DNA of 64,000 nucleotides from Sulfolobales archaeon HS-7 (GTDB lineage Archaea; Thermoproteota; Thermoprotei_A; Sulfolobales; Sulfolobaceae). Under the pieces are notes generated by a model. The model did no database searches. It saw only the letters and a list, made by a program, of their open reading frames with translations, and was not told where the DNA came from. Where the stretch lies: contig AP024596.1 in the NCBI GenBank assembly GCA_019704295.1, forward strand, positions 1,312,001 to 1,376,000, given 5' to 3'. Positions 10,302 to 19,659 of the stretch are shown here, piece after piece; the stretch's first letter is position 1; each line of letters begins with the position of its first letter. Position numbers and translations under genes: made by a program.

Positions 10302-11615
10302 TTAGGAAATTGTCCAAGTATTCGTGCCCGATTCAGGAATTACCTTACTGCCCCCGCTATAAAAGACTATTGCATTTACCACACTCGGAGGAGGGTATGA
10401 TGCACTAACAAAATACCAATAGATAGTCATGTATAAACCACTTTGCTGTTCGTTCATTATACTATAGATATTTTCAGTGTTGTTGTAGTAATAGGGATTA
10501 CCTGCTACATCTTTGTTAACTACCTGTTCAGATGTAATTCCATTGTTATCTTTGAGCGAACTTAGGAAGGCTTGAGATATACCAACTCCGAAGTTCTGTC
10601 CTCCAAAAGAGGTTATCAGCTCACAACCGTTACCTGATGCTGAAAACGATAAACTTCCGCTACCTATCTGTCGATTGTTACTGTATAAGCTTAACTCTAC
10701 TCTGTGAGTAAGTCCTAAGAGTGCTCCAGAAGTAAGATTTAAGAAGTACCAAGTGTTTGCATATGCATTTCCGTAAAGTTCAATTGGATTTCCCTGATTT
10801 ATAGTTGCAAATATCCTGCTACCGCAGGCATAAACACTTATGTTAAGCCAGTTACCTGCATTATTCCCTCCTGCACGATTCTTAACGAGAAATGAAAGGT
10901 TAAGTATCTGTATACTTCTCTGGGTATTATTAGTGTAAAGTTTAAACCACATTCCGAAATTCCAACCTTTATTCGAAGAGAAATAGAGGGGAGGATTTAC
11001 ATCTAAGATTGAGTTATTCCCTTCGTATTTCCCCGTTTTCGATACTACAAATATTCCTAAACCTTCGTCGGAGGGCTTTACATAGGTATATCCCAACCTG
11101 TAGTAATTACCGTTAATGCGCATTACTATCCAAAGGTAGATAACTTCTCCAGGGTAGATCTTAGCTGAAATCTCAACGGGTTGGGCAACACGAACCAGAT
11201 ACCCCGTTAATGAACCTGAATATAACGTTGAACCTGTTGGGAGGTAAACCTGAGTTATAACGACTTGATTGCTGTTGAGAATTGTGGCATTTTGTTTAAC
11301 TTCTGGTACTAAATAAAACGGACCTCTCGACGCATTTGCGGCGAACGGGACTACAATTAGAGTACCTGAGTACTTACCAGAATCTATCGTAAGCAGAAAT
11401 GATAGGTTATACTGTACAGGAGAAACATCAAGTATCGCCCTATATGTTAAGGGGGAAACGGAGTATGAGAGACTGTCCGCTATACTGATAAGGTAATTTT
11501 CCGTTTGCGCTGTGTTATCCACGGAAATCGTAGATGACGTGAATAAAATAACGTTAACACTTCCTAGTATTATTGCGATCATGATTAAAGCTAAAATTAC
11601 TATTGCATTATCCAT
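10302..11615 (-). CDS. Membrane-anchored surface protein, pilin-like N-terminal helix, possible lectin/LamG-like C-terminal domain
   Basis: MDNAIV plus a hydrophobic helix; N/S/T/Y-rich beta protein; FGMWFK...NTWYFL pattern. The N-terminal half resembles the divergent 187-aa ORF. Confidence 0.7.
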   Translation of the reverse strand: MDNAIVILALIMIAIILGSVNVILFTSSTISVDNTAQTENYLISIADSLSYSVSPLTYRAILDVSPVQYNLSFLLTIDSGKYSGTLIVVPFAANASRGPFYLVPEVKQNATILNSNQVVITQVYLPTGSTLYSGSLTGYLVRVAQPVEISAKIYPGEVIYLWIVMRINGNYYRLGYTYVKPSDEGLGIFVVSKTGKYEGNNSILDVNPPLYFSSNKGWNFGMWFKLYTNNTQRSIQILNLSFLVKNRAGGNNAGNWLNISVYACGSRIFATINQGNPIELYGNAYANTWYFLNLTSGALLGLTHRVELSLYSNNRQIGSGSLSFSASGNGCELITSFGGQNFGVGISQAFLSSLKDNNGITSEQVVNKDVAGNPYYYNNTENIYSIMNEQQSGLYMTIYWYFVSASYPPPSVVNAIVFYSGGSKVIPESGTNTWTIS

Positions 11616-11669
11616 AGTATAAATTGGGTATAGAAAGCTTAATTAATCTATTCTTATTTTATGTATAAT

Positions 11670-12224
11670 ATGGACAGTGCTGTTGAGGAGATGCTTTTAG
11701 TAATAGCCGTAGTGGCAATCGGCCTAGCACTATTTAGCTTTACCGTTTCATACTTCGTGCCTAAGGAGCAGTTTTCAACTTACCAACAATACTCCTCTAA
11801 TTTAGCCTCCCAAACCACCATAAGCGTTGGTCCACTATTCGTAAATAAGGGGGTAGGAAGTTTAGTAATAGTGGCTTATAATCCGGATTACTCTGGCAAT
11901 TTCTCCGTAATCGCATTTCCTATCTCCTCAACTTATGCTGCGTCGGCCGGAATAATTACTCCACAGAGTCTTTCGTATTCAGTGTATTTACCAAACGGGA
12001 AGTTGGCGAAAGAATATAACTGTAACGAAATTTACGATCTGAACGGGAATTTGCTCATTCCCAATCAATTACAAGTATACACCATCCCGGCTAATACACC
12101 GGTTACCATAAATGTCAACGGCGTGTCCTCGGGTGATTACATTTTAATCTGGATTGTATATGCTACTGGAATTTACGGCTTCAGGGTAGGATATACGTTT
12201 ACGGGGGTCCCGGCCTCACAATGA
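11670..12224 (+). CDS. Pilin-like membrane-anchored protein (likely start MDSAVEE at 11670)
   Basis: N-terminal hydrophobic helix. Its C-terminus YILIWIVYATGIYGFRVGYTF parallels VIYLWIVMRINGNYYRLGYTY in the divergent gene. ATGA overlap with the next gene. Confidence 0.7.
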   Translation: MDSAVEEMLLVIAVVAIGLALFSFTVSYFVPKEQFSTYQQYSSNLASQTTISVGPLFVNKGVGSLVIVAYNPDYSGNFSVIAFPISSTYAASAGIITPQSLSYSVYLPNGKLAKEYNCNEIYDLNGNLLIPNQLQVYTIPANTPVTINVNGVSSGDYILIWIVYATGIYGFRVGYTFTGVPASQ

Positions 12225-13849
12225 GGGAATCTAGAGGTATTTCATTGGCTATTTTCATGGTTTTGATGCTTATAGTACTGCTATCCATAATAGTGCCTGC
12301 GTTATTTATATTACAGCTTAACCCTTATTTTAACACGCAGGGGCAGATATCCTCTCAGGGCTATTCGCAATTGAAAAGTATACAGTTGAACAATTTATAC
12401 AGAGGTAATCCGAATATCTATTACAACTCAAGTACACAGCCATATCTCGAAATCAAGTACAGTTCATCTCCAATCCCCTTTAATATTTCTGATGTTTACT
12501 ACTATAATGGGGAGAGCTGGGTCGCCATTCTAACTCAGCCTGTAACTATAGACGGTAACACCAATTACCCGTTACCGTCGAAAGCGTTTAACATGCCGAT
12601 AATTCTGATAACCGGGGAGGCAAATGTTCTCTTTCTTAACCCCAACACCTCAGTAACAACGGTATCAATTTCTGGTCCTGCTGGAAAAATTCCAGTTATA
12701 GTAACTGCATTCGCGCTAAATAAAACTAAAGGAGGGATAAACTACATACCTTTAAACGTGAATTTCCAACTAAGTTCAGCGGATTACAGAACAACTGCAG
12801 TACTATACGTCAATCCAGGTACATATCCTATAAGCGCCCTGGAAAGTCCAGTATCAATACTAAACGACGGATTGACTGCCGTTTTCAAGAACTGGTCAAT
12901 AAATGGTAATGCCGTTCTAAGTGCCTCAAATGCACAGTCCACTTATGTAACAATAACAGGGGAGACCATACTTACTATAAACTACTGCACGGTGTTAAAG
13001 AAGTATAGCGTAAACTTTGTTGCTGGAGTTCCATTAAACGGTGAAAGTCAGACGTTGAAAGGTGCGTCTATTACTTCCGTGAATACCAGTATACCAGTAG
13101 TAATAGACGGAAACCAGTATCAGCTTAGCTCGAGTGGGTTAACACTTCAGTTAACCTATGGATACCATAGAATAGACGTTGCTAGTTATGAAAACATTAC
13201 CTTCAATTATAACTACAACGGTTATGCTGTTTCTGAGGGAGCAAAGGTACTTTACAGGTATACGGGTCCTGCCACGTTATCTCCAGGGAATATAAATGTT
13301 GTTAGTTCCTATTGTATATTCGTTACGGGTAACGGTGAGGTCAACCTAACTTTTAACCAGGTTCAAGTGTATTATAGGGTGGAAGTTGAGAATAACTTTT
13401 ATTTCCCAAATGATGTAACAGTTGAGTCCAATTCCAGCCCGGTAACTGGAGATATTTCAGGGCAACTATTGCAGGTGACCTGTAATGGTGGTACCTTTGA
13501 TTGGGGTCCTATAAAGAATTATCAACCGGAAATTCTCTACCTTAATGCTTCTACTAACGTTAATATCCAAATCTGCTATCTTGACAATCAAAATGGGCAA
13601 TACAATATAAACGGGAGAACATATCAATGTCTACTTTCCGAACCCACATCATTAGAGTACGTTTCTCCAGCAGGGACAAACACTATTGGAGTTACAAGTA
13701 CTATAACTGTTAACTCGCCAATTACTTTAATAATGTATCAAGAATGGAAGTACGGCGGCTCTGTAGATCCTGGATATTCGCCAGAACTGACCCTCGTATT
13801 TCAGTTTATAGCACTAATTAATATACTTAGATTGAGGTTTGATCTATGA
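12221..13849 (+). CDS. Large type IV pilin-like/adhesin protein with class III signal peptide
   Basis: MRESRG|ISLAIF plus hydrophobic helix. Beta-rich repeats (F..W.I.G, IPVVIDG). Paralogous N-terminal domain to 13846-15222. Confidence 0.75.
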   Translation: MRESRGISLAIFMVLMLIVLLSIIVPALFILQLNPYFNTQGQISSQGYSQLKSIQLNNLYRGNPNIYYNSSTQPYLEIKYSSSPIPFNISDVYYYNGESWVAILTQPVTIDGNTNYPLPSKAFNMPIILITGEANVLFLNPNTSVTTVSISGPAGKIPVIVTAFALNKTKGGINYIPLNVNFQLSSADYRTTAVLYVNPGTYPISALESPVSILNDGLTAVFKNWSINGNAVLSASNAQSTYVTITGETILTINYCTVLKKYSVNFVAGVPLNGESQTLKGASITSVNTSIPVVIDGNQYQLSSSGLTLQLTYGYHRIDVASYENITFNYNYNGYAVSEGAKVLYRYTGPATLSPGNINVVSSYCIFVTGNGEVNLTFNQVQVYYRVEVENNFYFPNDVTVESNSSPVTGDISGQLLQVTCNGGTFDWGPIKNYQPEILYLNASTNVNIQICYLDNQNGQYNINGRTYQCLLSEPTSLEYVSPAGTNTIGVTSTITVNSPITLIMYQEWKYGGSVDPGYSPELTLVFQFIALINILRLRFDL

Positions 13850-15222
13850 AAAGTAAGGCAGTTTCAAACTCGATTGCGATGATCTTTCTGATGATAATGA
13901 TAATAATAGTTGCTGTTCCCGCAATATACCTCGTTACTCAACTTCAAAGTAGTGGAAACGTTTATCAGGCCGTTGTATCAAACTACCAAACGGTTAAATC
14001 ACTTCAACTTAAGGCAGTTGAAACTGGGCACCCTGCAATATATTACGCGTCCGGAGGAAAGGTGTATTTCGTTTACTCCAATGGAACCTTTTCTCCTCCT
14101 ATAAATCTAACGATCACAGACGTTCTTTATTACAACTCTGGCAGATGGGTTTCGATGTCCCTTAACTACCCTATAAAAGTAAAACAGGACTGTACGCTTT
14201 CCCTTCCTGTAAATGCCCCGGCAATATTGATAGAAACGGAACAGGGTAACCTATTCTACATAGCTCAGAACTCCTCAATAGGTCCATATTCAACCGTAAC
14301 AAAGGGAGGGGTTCAAATTATTTCCCAACTTCAACTTAGTAACGGTCAGACATGCGGGACTGAGGCCAACATAACAACTGATATTTTATATGACACATAT
14401 AAGAATTATACAACTCCTGCAGGATTTCCCAATCAGACGGGAAGTTTCGGACTCAGAACTCAAAAGTACATATACATATTGCAAGGTCAATCCGTAATAA
14501 CTGGAGAATTCTCGTATTGGAAGATCATAGGGACAGCGACTGTGAATTCGACGACTTCCTGTGGTATAGAAGTTCACCTGGAGGGTTATCCTGTCATCCT
14601 TATAGCAGTGTACACCCAAGTTACAGTGAAAGTTCCGCTTACCATAACTGCTAATGTTAATGAACAGATTACAGTCTCAATTAACGGACAAGACGTAACG
14701 TTCACTAATTCAAAGACCATAGACGTTACCGCAGGTTACGTTAGATTCCAAGTCGTAACCATGAAGTTTAATAACTACTCGAGTGGGGCAGACATATACT
14801 CGTGTTGGGAGTTTTCGGAAGGATCTGATCCCTCTGGAACTTTTAGTACGCCTAACGTAATATTCTTCATCTCCCCAACTTCTAGTAATAATAATGTAAA
14901 TCTTCAATATCAGATTTTTGAAACCTACTATAAAATAAAATTCGTTCAATGTAATCAAACACCGAACACGGTATACTTCATACTTAATGGTACGAGTTAT
15001 AAATACGGACAAACAGCATGGGTACCCGGTGGTAATTATAACTTTGTAGAAACCGGAATAGTTTGCTCCCGTTATAACATTTGCGGATGGGAAGCATATG
15101 AAACTACCTATAATGGAAAAGTTGTTCCAATGTCGTCGATGGGTTCTGGAATCATTGACATAGATCAACCCGGAACTATAGCAGTCTATTACGCTAATGA
15201 CGTGACATATCATCAGTTGTGA
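13846..15222 (+). CDS. Large type IV pilin-like/adhesin protein with class III signal peptide
   Basis: MKSKA|VSNSIAMIFL. Shares G.P.IYY...P.N...DV.YYN...WV...P.....ILI.T...N.F with the preceding gene. Confidence 0.75.
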   Translation: MKSKAVSNSIAMIFLMIMIIIVAVPAIYLVTQLQSSGNVYQAVVSNYQTVKSLQLKAVETGHPAIYYASGGKVYFVYSNGTFSPPINLTITDVLYYNSGRWVSMSLNYPIKVKQDCTLSLPVNAPAILIETEQGNLFYIAQNSSIGPYSTVTKGGVQIISQLQLSNGQTCGTEANITTDILYDTYKNYTTPAGFPNQTGSFGLRTQKYIYILQGQSVITGEFSYWKIIGTATVNSTTSCGIEVHLEGYPVILIAVYTQVTVKVPLTITANVNEQITVSINGQDVTFTNSKTIDVTAGYVRFQVVTMKFNNYSSGADIYSCWEFSEGSDPSGTFSTPNVIFFISPTSSNNNVNLQYQIFETYYKIKFVQCNQTPNTVYFILNGTSYKYGQTAWVPGGNYNFVETGIVCSRYNICGWEAYETTYNGKVVPMSSMGSGIIDIDQPGTIAVYYANDVTYHQL

Positions 15223-15228
15223 GATGAA

Positions 15229-15693
15229 ATGAGGGGACAATCAAACTTCATCGTTTATATCTTTGCCTTAGTTATAGTTGTATTACTCCTTATTCCCATG
15301 TTCTTTTATTTAACCGATATATCTTCGTTATCGGAAAAACAACTTGATCTAGGTTCAATTGTTCGAGAGCAAGTAAATGGAGGAGGAGTTGTTATATACT
15401 TCAATTCGTCTAATAAACAATTATATTCGTCAATTTTAGTATACAGGGGAGACTCGAATTTCACTCTAGTTAACGTCTACTATACTAACGGAAGTGGAGT
15501 TTGGTTCAATATAACCAACGATGTTTGCGTAGAAGGTCAGTTTCATCTCACTACAAATAAGCTCCCGCAACCTTTAATCTACAACTTCTCAATAACCACG
15601 AAGTCCTTTAACTACCCTCTGGTCCTTATGATCAGAGCGTACAACCAAACTGAATTCGTGCAAGTTCTACCTAATGAAACCGCAGTAGCCTAA
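15229..15693 (+). CDS. Small type IV pilin-like protein with class III signal peptide
   Basis: MRG|QSNFIVYIFALV. Pilin size (154 aa). NVYYTNG..W motif shared with the two larger paralogues. Confidence 0.75.
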   Translation: MRGQSNFIVYIFALVIVVLLLIPMFFYLTDISSLSEKQLDLGSIVREQVNGGGVVIYFNSSNKQLYSSILVYRGDSNFTLVNVYYTNGSGVWFNITNDVCVEGQFHLTTNKLPQPLIYNFSITTKSFNYPLVLMIRAYNQTEFVQVLPNETAVA

Positions 15694-15939
15694 GATCAAA
15701 AAAGATAACACAAATTTTTAACAGTTAGTTGATCATACCCCTAACACTTTGAGTATTTTCTTATACAATTCCTAGTGACAAAAATTAGTAATATACGACT
15801 AATATATAAAATTTCATGCGATAGGGTATTTTATGGGTCGTTCATGCATTCTTTGGGAATTCACTTTATTTTATTAGTTCTAAATCAATTGATTTATTGT
15901 GAATTAGTAATACTAAAAAGGGAGCAGCGGGAGATAACA

Positions 15940-16410
15940 CCATTGAACAACTCGAATTACCAAGTATTACCGAATACGATATTATTCTTGAATAAGTGTT
16001 ACAACTTCTTTGGATTACGTGCTGTTAAACAAATAGGTAGAAGAGAGAGGAAAGCCCTTGATGAGGAGATAATTCTCAAGTAGGGGGAAAGGAGTTTAAG
16101 AGGAAAGTGCACTCGGGTAACACTTGCTAAAGGGCTTCATGCTCTCGACGAAGGGTAGGAGGAAGATATACAACACTTTACGTAAGCGTGAAATTACCTG
16201 TCTTATACATGCAAGAGATTCAAGACGCGCGTGCAGGAGGAACTGGAGCGAGAAAAAGGGTCAGTTCTCACGCTCCTTCTCATACTCGTGCATCGGTCGG
16301 AAAATAAACGTCAAACTTTGATTGCTGACCCTAGACGTCAAGGGCGACTTCAAGTATGTAGATGGGAAATACGTCAAGTCAACTCACGGGAAGAAGGGAG
16401 TGCTCGTCTT
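15940..16410 (+). pseudogene. Possible heavily decayed transposase fragment interrupted by MITE B
   Basis: Purine-rich, K/R-rich broken frames (e.g. DVKGDFKYVDGKYVKSTHGKKGVLV) ending exactly at the MITE boundary. Confidence 0.3.
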
Positions 16411-16775
16411 GATAGCATCTAATGCGTAATTAACGTGAATAACTAAATAAACTAAAAAGTTACGAAACACATCTCTCTAGAATCAAATTCGCTTAAACAG
16501 GCATCAAAGTAACATAAAATATAAGTTTGTTAACAGTAAGCGCAAGTAACGATATATTTCTTAACAACAAAAGCCAAAAAGAGGTTTTGGCGTTATGAGT
16601 TAAAAGCTGGTAGAGGGTAAAGTCGGATATTTTTAAGCCATGAAGGCAGTAAAGGAGTTCGATCTCTCGTAATTCTCCCTGTATTATCACCTGATCATGC
16701 ACTGAGAGATGGAGTATTCCATATGTTAAAGTAGTTAATTAAGTAAATAACATTTATTACACATTGGACACTGTC
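16411..16775 (-). mobile_element. MITE family B, inverted relative to 9491-9861
   Basis: Colinear reverse-complement similarity. Intact TIR CATTGGACACTGTC at the right and a degenerate GATAGCATCTAATG at the left. Confidence 0.85.
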
Positions 16776-16836
16776 TCGAGTTTTAAAGCGAGCACCAGAA
16801 ATAGGGTAATATGCTCATCGCTTACGTGCATACGAG

Positions 16837-16993
16837 GAGGTTCTCACGACTCCTTTTCGAATTCAGCTTATTTTGAGAAATAAGATGAATATTGAATTGA
16901 ATTAATGAATCAGGTAGGGATCTACACGAGATAATTTCCTCCTTAACCTATATCTGTCATATTTGCAGTTAGGAATGAAAACCTGAATTGCCC
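16837..16993 (+). mobile_element. MITE family A (diverged)
   Basis: CGAATTCAGCTTATTT...GTAGGGAT...ATGAAAACCTGAATTGCCC. Confidence 0.7.
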
Positions 16994-17103
16994 TTACAAC
17001 ATATATCGCTTCATTTTTTACTCTGGTCCTCTCCAATAGGGGTACTGCAAGAGGATATTCAAATACAACTAAATTGAGAGAACATGGAGTTCCGAAAGTC
17101 CGC

Positions 17104-17814
17104 TTACTTTACCTTTATTAGGTTCTCCGCGGGAGTTCCCCTAAAAAGTTCTACAACCCTATTAACGGGAATATTTATCATCCACCCTAATATAGGGTCT
17201 GCAGGAGATGAGAACTTCGTCGAAAACGTTAAGTATGTATAAGTTTCGTGAGACTTTATCTCTATTCGCTTTATCTTATCGTATGGTATTAACGCGAATC
17301 TGCTGTACAGGTTTTTATCATCCTCTTTCTTACCTCCCTTAAATACTTGTACCGTGGAACGGTCTCCGTCGTATATTTTTATTTCAGATCTATCAATAAC
17401 TGCTACTCTGGTATTATCGTGTGATGGTAAACCCCTTTTCTCCGGTATATTCACGAAAACTCCCATTTTCTCAATGAAGATATCTTCCCTGAAGAGCTCA
17501 TCACACACGTACTTAGTGTGTAAAATCCCCCCAGTACTCCTGCACCTCACTAACGCCTCGTAAAACGAACTTACCTGAGGCTTGAAGTTTACTACTCCTA
17601 CATCGGTGAAGTCCAACGCCGTACTCAATACGCATCCTTCACTACTCCAACCAGTTAAATCATGTATCTGATCGCATCCTCTTAATAAGTTTCTGATTCT
17701 AAAATAAAGAAAAGCATTACCCCAGTTGTTCGTATTACCGCAGAAATCGCATCTACCAGAACCGTAAGTAGTTGCTTCTTTTGGCAATATGTGGTCACAA
17801 TAAACACATCTCAT
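17104..17814 (-). CDS. Hypothetical protein with N-terminal zinc ribbon
   Basis: CVYC-x15-CDFC at the N-terminus; 236-aa ORF with a TATA upstream. Confidence 0.7.
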   Translation of the reverse strand: MRCVYCDHILPKEATTYGSGRCDFCGNTNNWGNAFLYFRIRNLLRGCDQIHDLTGWSSEGCVLSTALDFTDVGVVNFKPQVSSFYEALVRCRSTGGILHTKYVCDELFREDIFIEKMGVFVNIPEKRGLPSHDNTRVAVIDRSEIKIYDGDRSTVQVFKGGKKEDDKNLYSRFALIPYDKIKRIEIKSHETYTYLTFSTKFSSPADPILGWMINIPVNRVVELFRGTPAENLIKVK

Positions 17815-17860
17815 AAATTTTTCATAGAAGGTAATATATATATAAAACTACCTTCCCTTT

Positions 17861-18023
17861 GGCCGATTCACGCGTTCATAGCGAATTTAGTTTATTTACA
17901 AAGATAGAATAAATTTAATTGAATACTATTGTATTGACTAGGTAGAGATTCGCACTTAACAATTTCCTTTATTTAATCTGTCTTTGCTATAATTACAATT
18001 CGTAATGCAAACCTGAATCGCCC
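17861..18023 (+). mobile_element. MITE family A
   Basis: GGCCGATTCACGCGTTCATAGCGAATT...ACCTGAATCGCCC; highly similar to 22139-22301. Confidence 0.85.
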
Positions 18024-18160
18024 ACATGATCAGGTAATAATACAGGGAGAATTACGAGAGATCAAACTCCTTTACTGCTTTCATGGCTTAAAAACACCCT
18101 GCTGTACCCTCTGCTAACTTTTTACTCATAACGCCAAAACCTTTTTTTAGCCTTCGTTGT
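18024..18160 (+). mobile_element. Internal fragment of MITE family B, truncated on both sides by other elements
   Basis: TACAGGGAGAATTACGAGAGATCAAACTCCTTTACTG matches 9587-9625 and the reverse complement of 16645-16700. Confidence 0.8.
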
Positions 18161-19563
18161 CAGTCTTGTTTCGCCAAAAAATCTCATGATTGTAAGATAT
18201 TATTAGAGTAATTAGTGTATAAAAATATAGGATTAAGTTAACTCAAGAGGCGTAACAATATCATATGTTTAGTCAAAATCTGGTATATTTTGCAAGTTAA
18301 TAGTAACAAACACAAGAAGTTCTGAATTTATTTTACGTGTTCAAAACGAGGTACATAGTCCACCCTCTAGCTTGAAAACGCCTAGAGGAGATTGACGAAC
18401 TGGTCAAACGCGAGGGGCTTCTCTCCCGGTGCTTTGAAGTTAAACGAGAGGAAGAGGTACAAGTTCCAGGAAGTGTCGAGGAGCGCGTAGATCAGGTAGA
18501 GGTAGAGCTTGTTGCGCAACCTCCTTATGAGTTCTATCCTCGCTTTCCTCGTCTTGAACCCCTCCTCTATACCTCAACCTGTAGGTCTCGGCCAACTCGT
18601 AGGGATCTCCCTCAACGTTTGAGACGAAAACGAAGTGCGTTGGTTTCCCCTTGTGCTTCACGTAAATCACGTCGTAATAGTAGAGTCCCTTGTACTCTAA
18701 CTTTCTGTGGGCAACGTAAGTTCTGTCCTCAACCGTGTAGTACTTCACGGTAAGGGACTGAGCAAAGAGTTCCTTGACTCCCTTTAAGTTAGTTTTCCCT
18801 CTGATCACGGCCTTTGCGGGTAACTCCTTGAGGATCTCGAGGTTGAGGAATCCAGCGTCGGCAACAACGTAACTCAAGCTGTCGCGCTGTACAGCCTTGT
18901 TGACGAACTCTTCAAGGAACTCGGAGGGCTTTTGATCCCCTTTAACCGCGAATTGGGTAACCACGTTACATCTCACGGGAGACAAGAGATCTGCGGATCT
19001 AACCTTGGCCTTTCCCGAGAAGAGTTTGTCCCCCACTCTCTCTGCTTCCTTCTCTCCCACCCTCAGGAAGGTCTCGTCAAATCCCAGCACGATGTTCTCA
19101 TTCGCGAAAATTGTACACAGCTCCCAGAACTCGAAGGTTTTACCCAAGAGTTCCCCTAGCTTTTTCCCTTGTCTTACAAGGGAAATGTAATCCTTTCCTC
19201 TATTCCCCAAGAGGAGAGATTTACTCCTCTTGATAACGTCGCGGGGATTAGAGGAAATCTTCTTAAACGCTTCCTCTACTAATTCATTAGCGAGGGACTT
19301 ATCCCTTGGCTTTGGTTTCCGCATATCAAAATCTGGGAGGTCCCTCGCTTAAACTTTAACGTCCTCATTTCTACCCACTTGATAATACTATACACAAGGT
19401 ATTACTATACGTGTAAAAACTAGGTTACACACCTTCTACTGAGATAAAAGTCGATCTTTTCCCTACTTTAGCCGAAATTTAGCCAATTTCTACTATTTTG
19501 AGCGAGATTTCCCCGTATTTTAGAAATTGTCTTATTTTTAGTAAAATTGTCGAAACAAGATTG
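18161..19563 (-). mobile_element. ISH3-like insertion sequence (~1.4 kb)
   Basis: TIRs CAGTCTTGTTTCG / CGAAACAAGATTG enclosing a DDE transposase. No clean TSD. Confidence 0.8.
18400..19324 (-). pseudogene. DDE transposase (IS4/ISH3-type), frameshifted near the third catalytic residue
   Basis: GFDET and VVADAGF motifs. After YRLR the expected IEEGFKTRK...NKLYLYLIY continues in another frame (around 18570). Confidence 0.8.
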
Positions 19564-19659
19564 CACGTGAAATGATGTAAACTTGGAAGCCATTAAACTA
19601 GTTTGTCCCAGACTCAAAAATTGGATAAGTTTTATATTTAAGTAATTCGTGCTCATTTT

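Noticed and set aside
16493-16702. 69-aa ORF, and ORFs 19468-19758 and 62979-63227
   Set aside because: They lie within MITE/IS ends or antisense to real genes, with no protein features.
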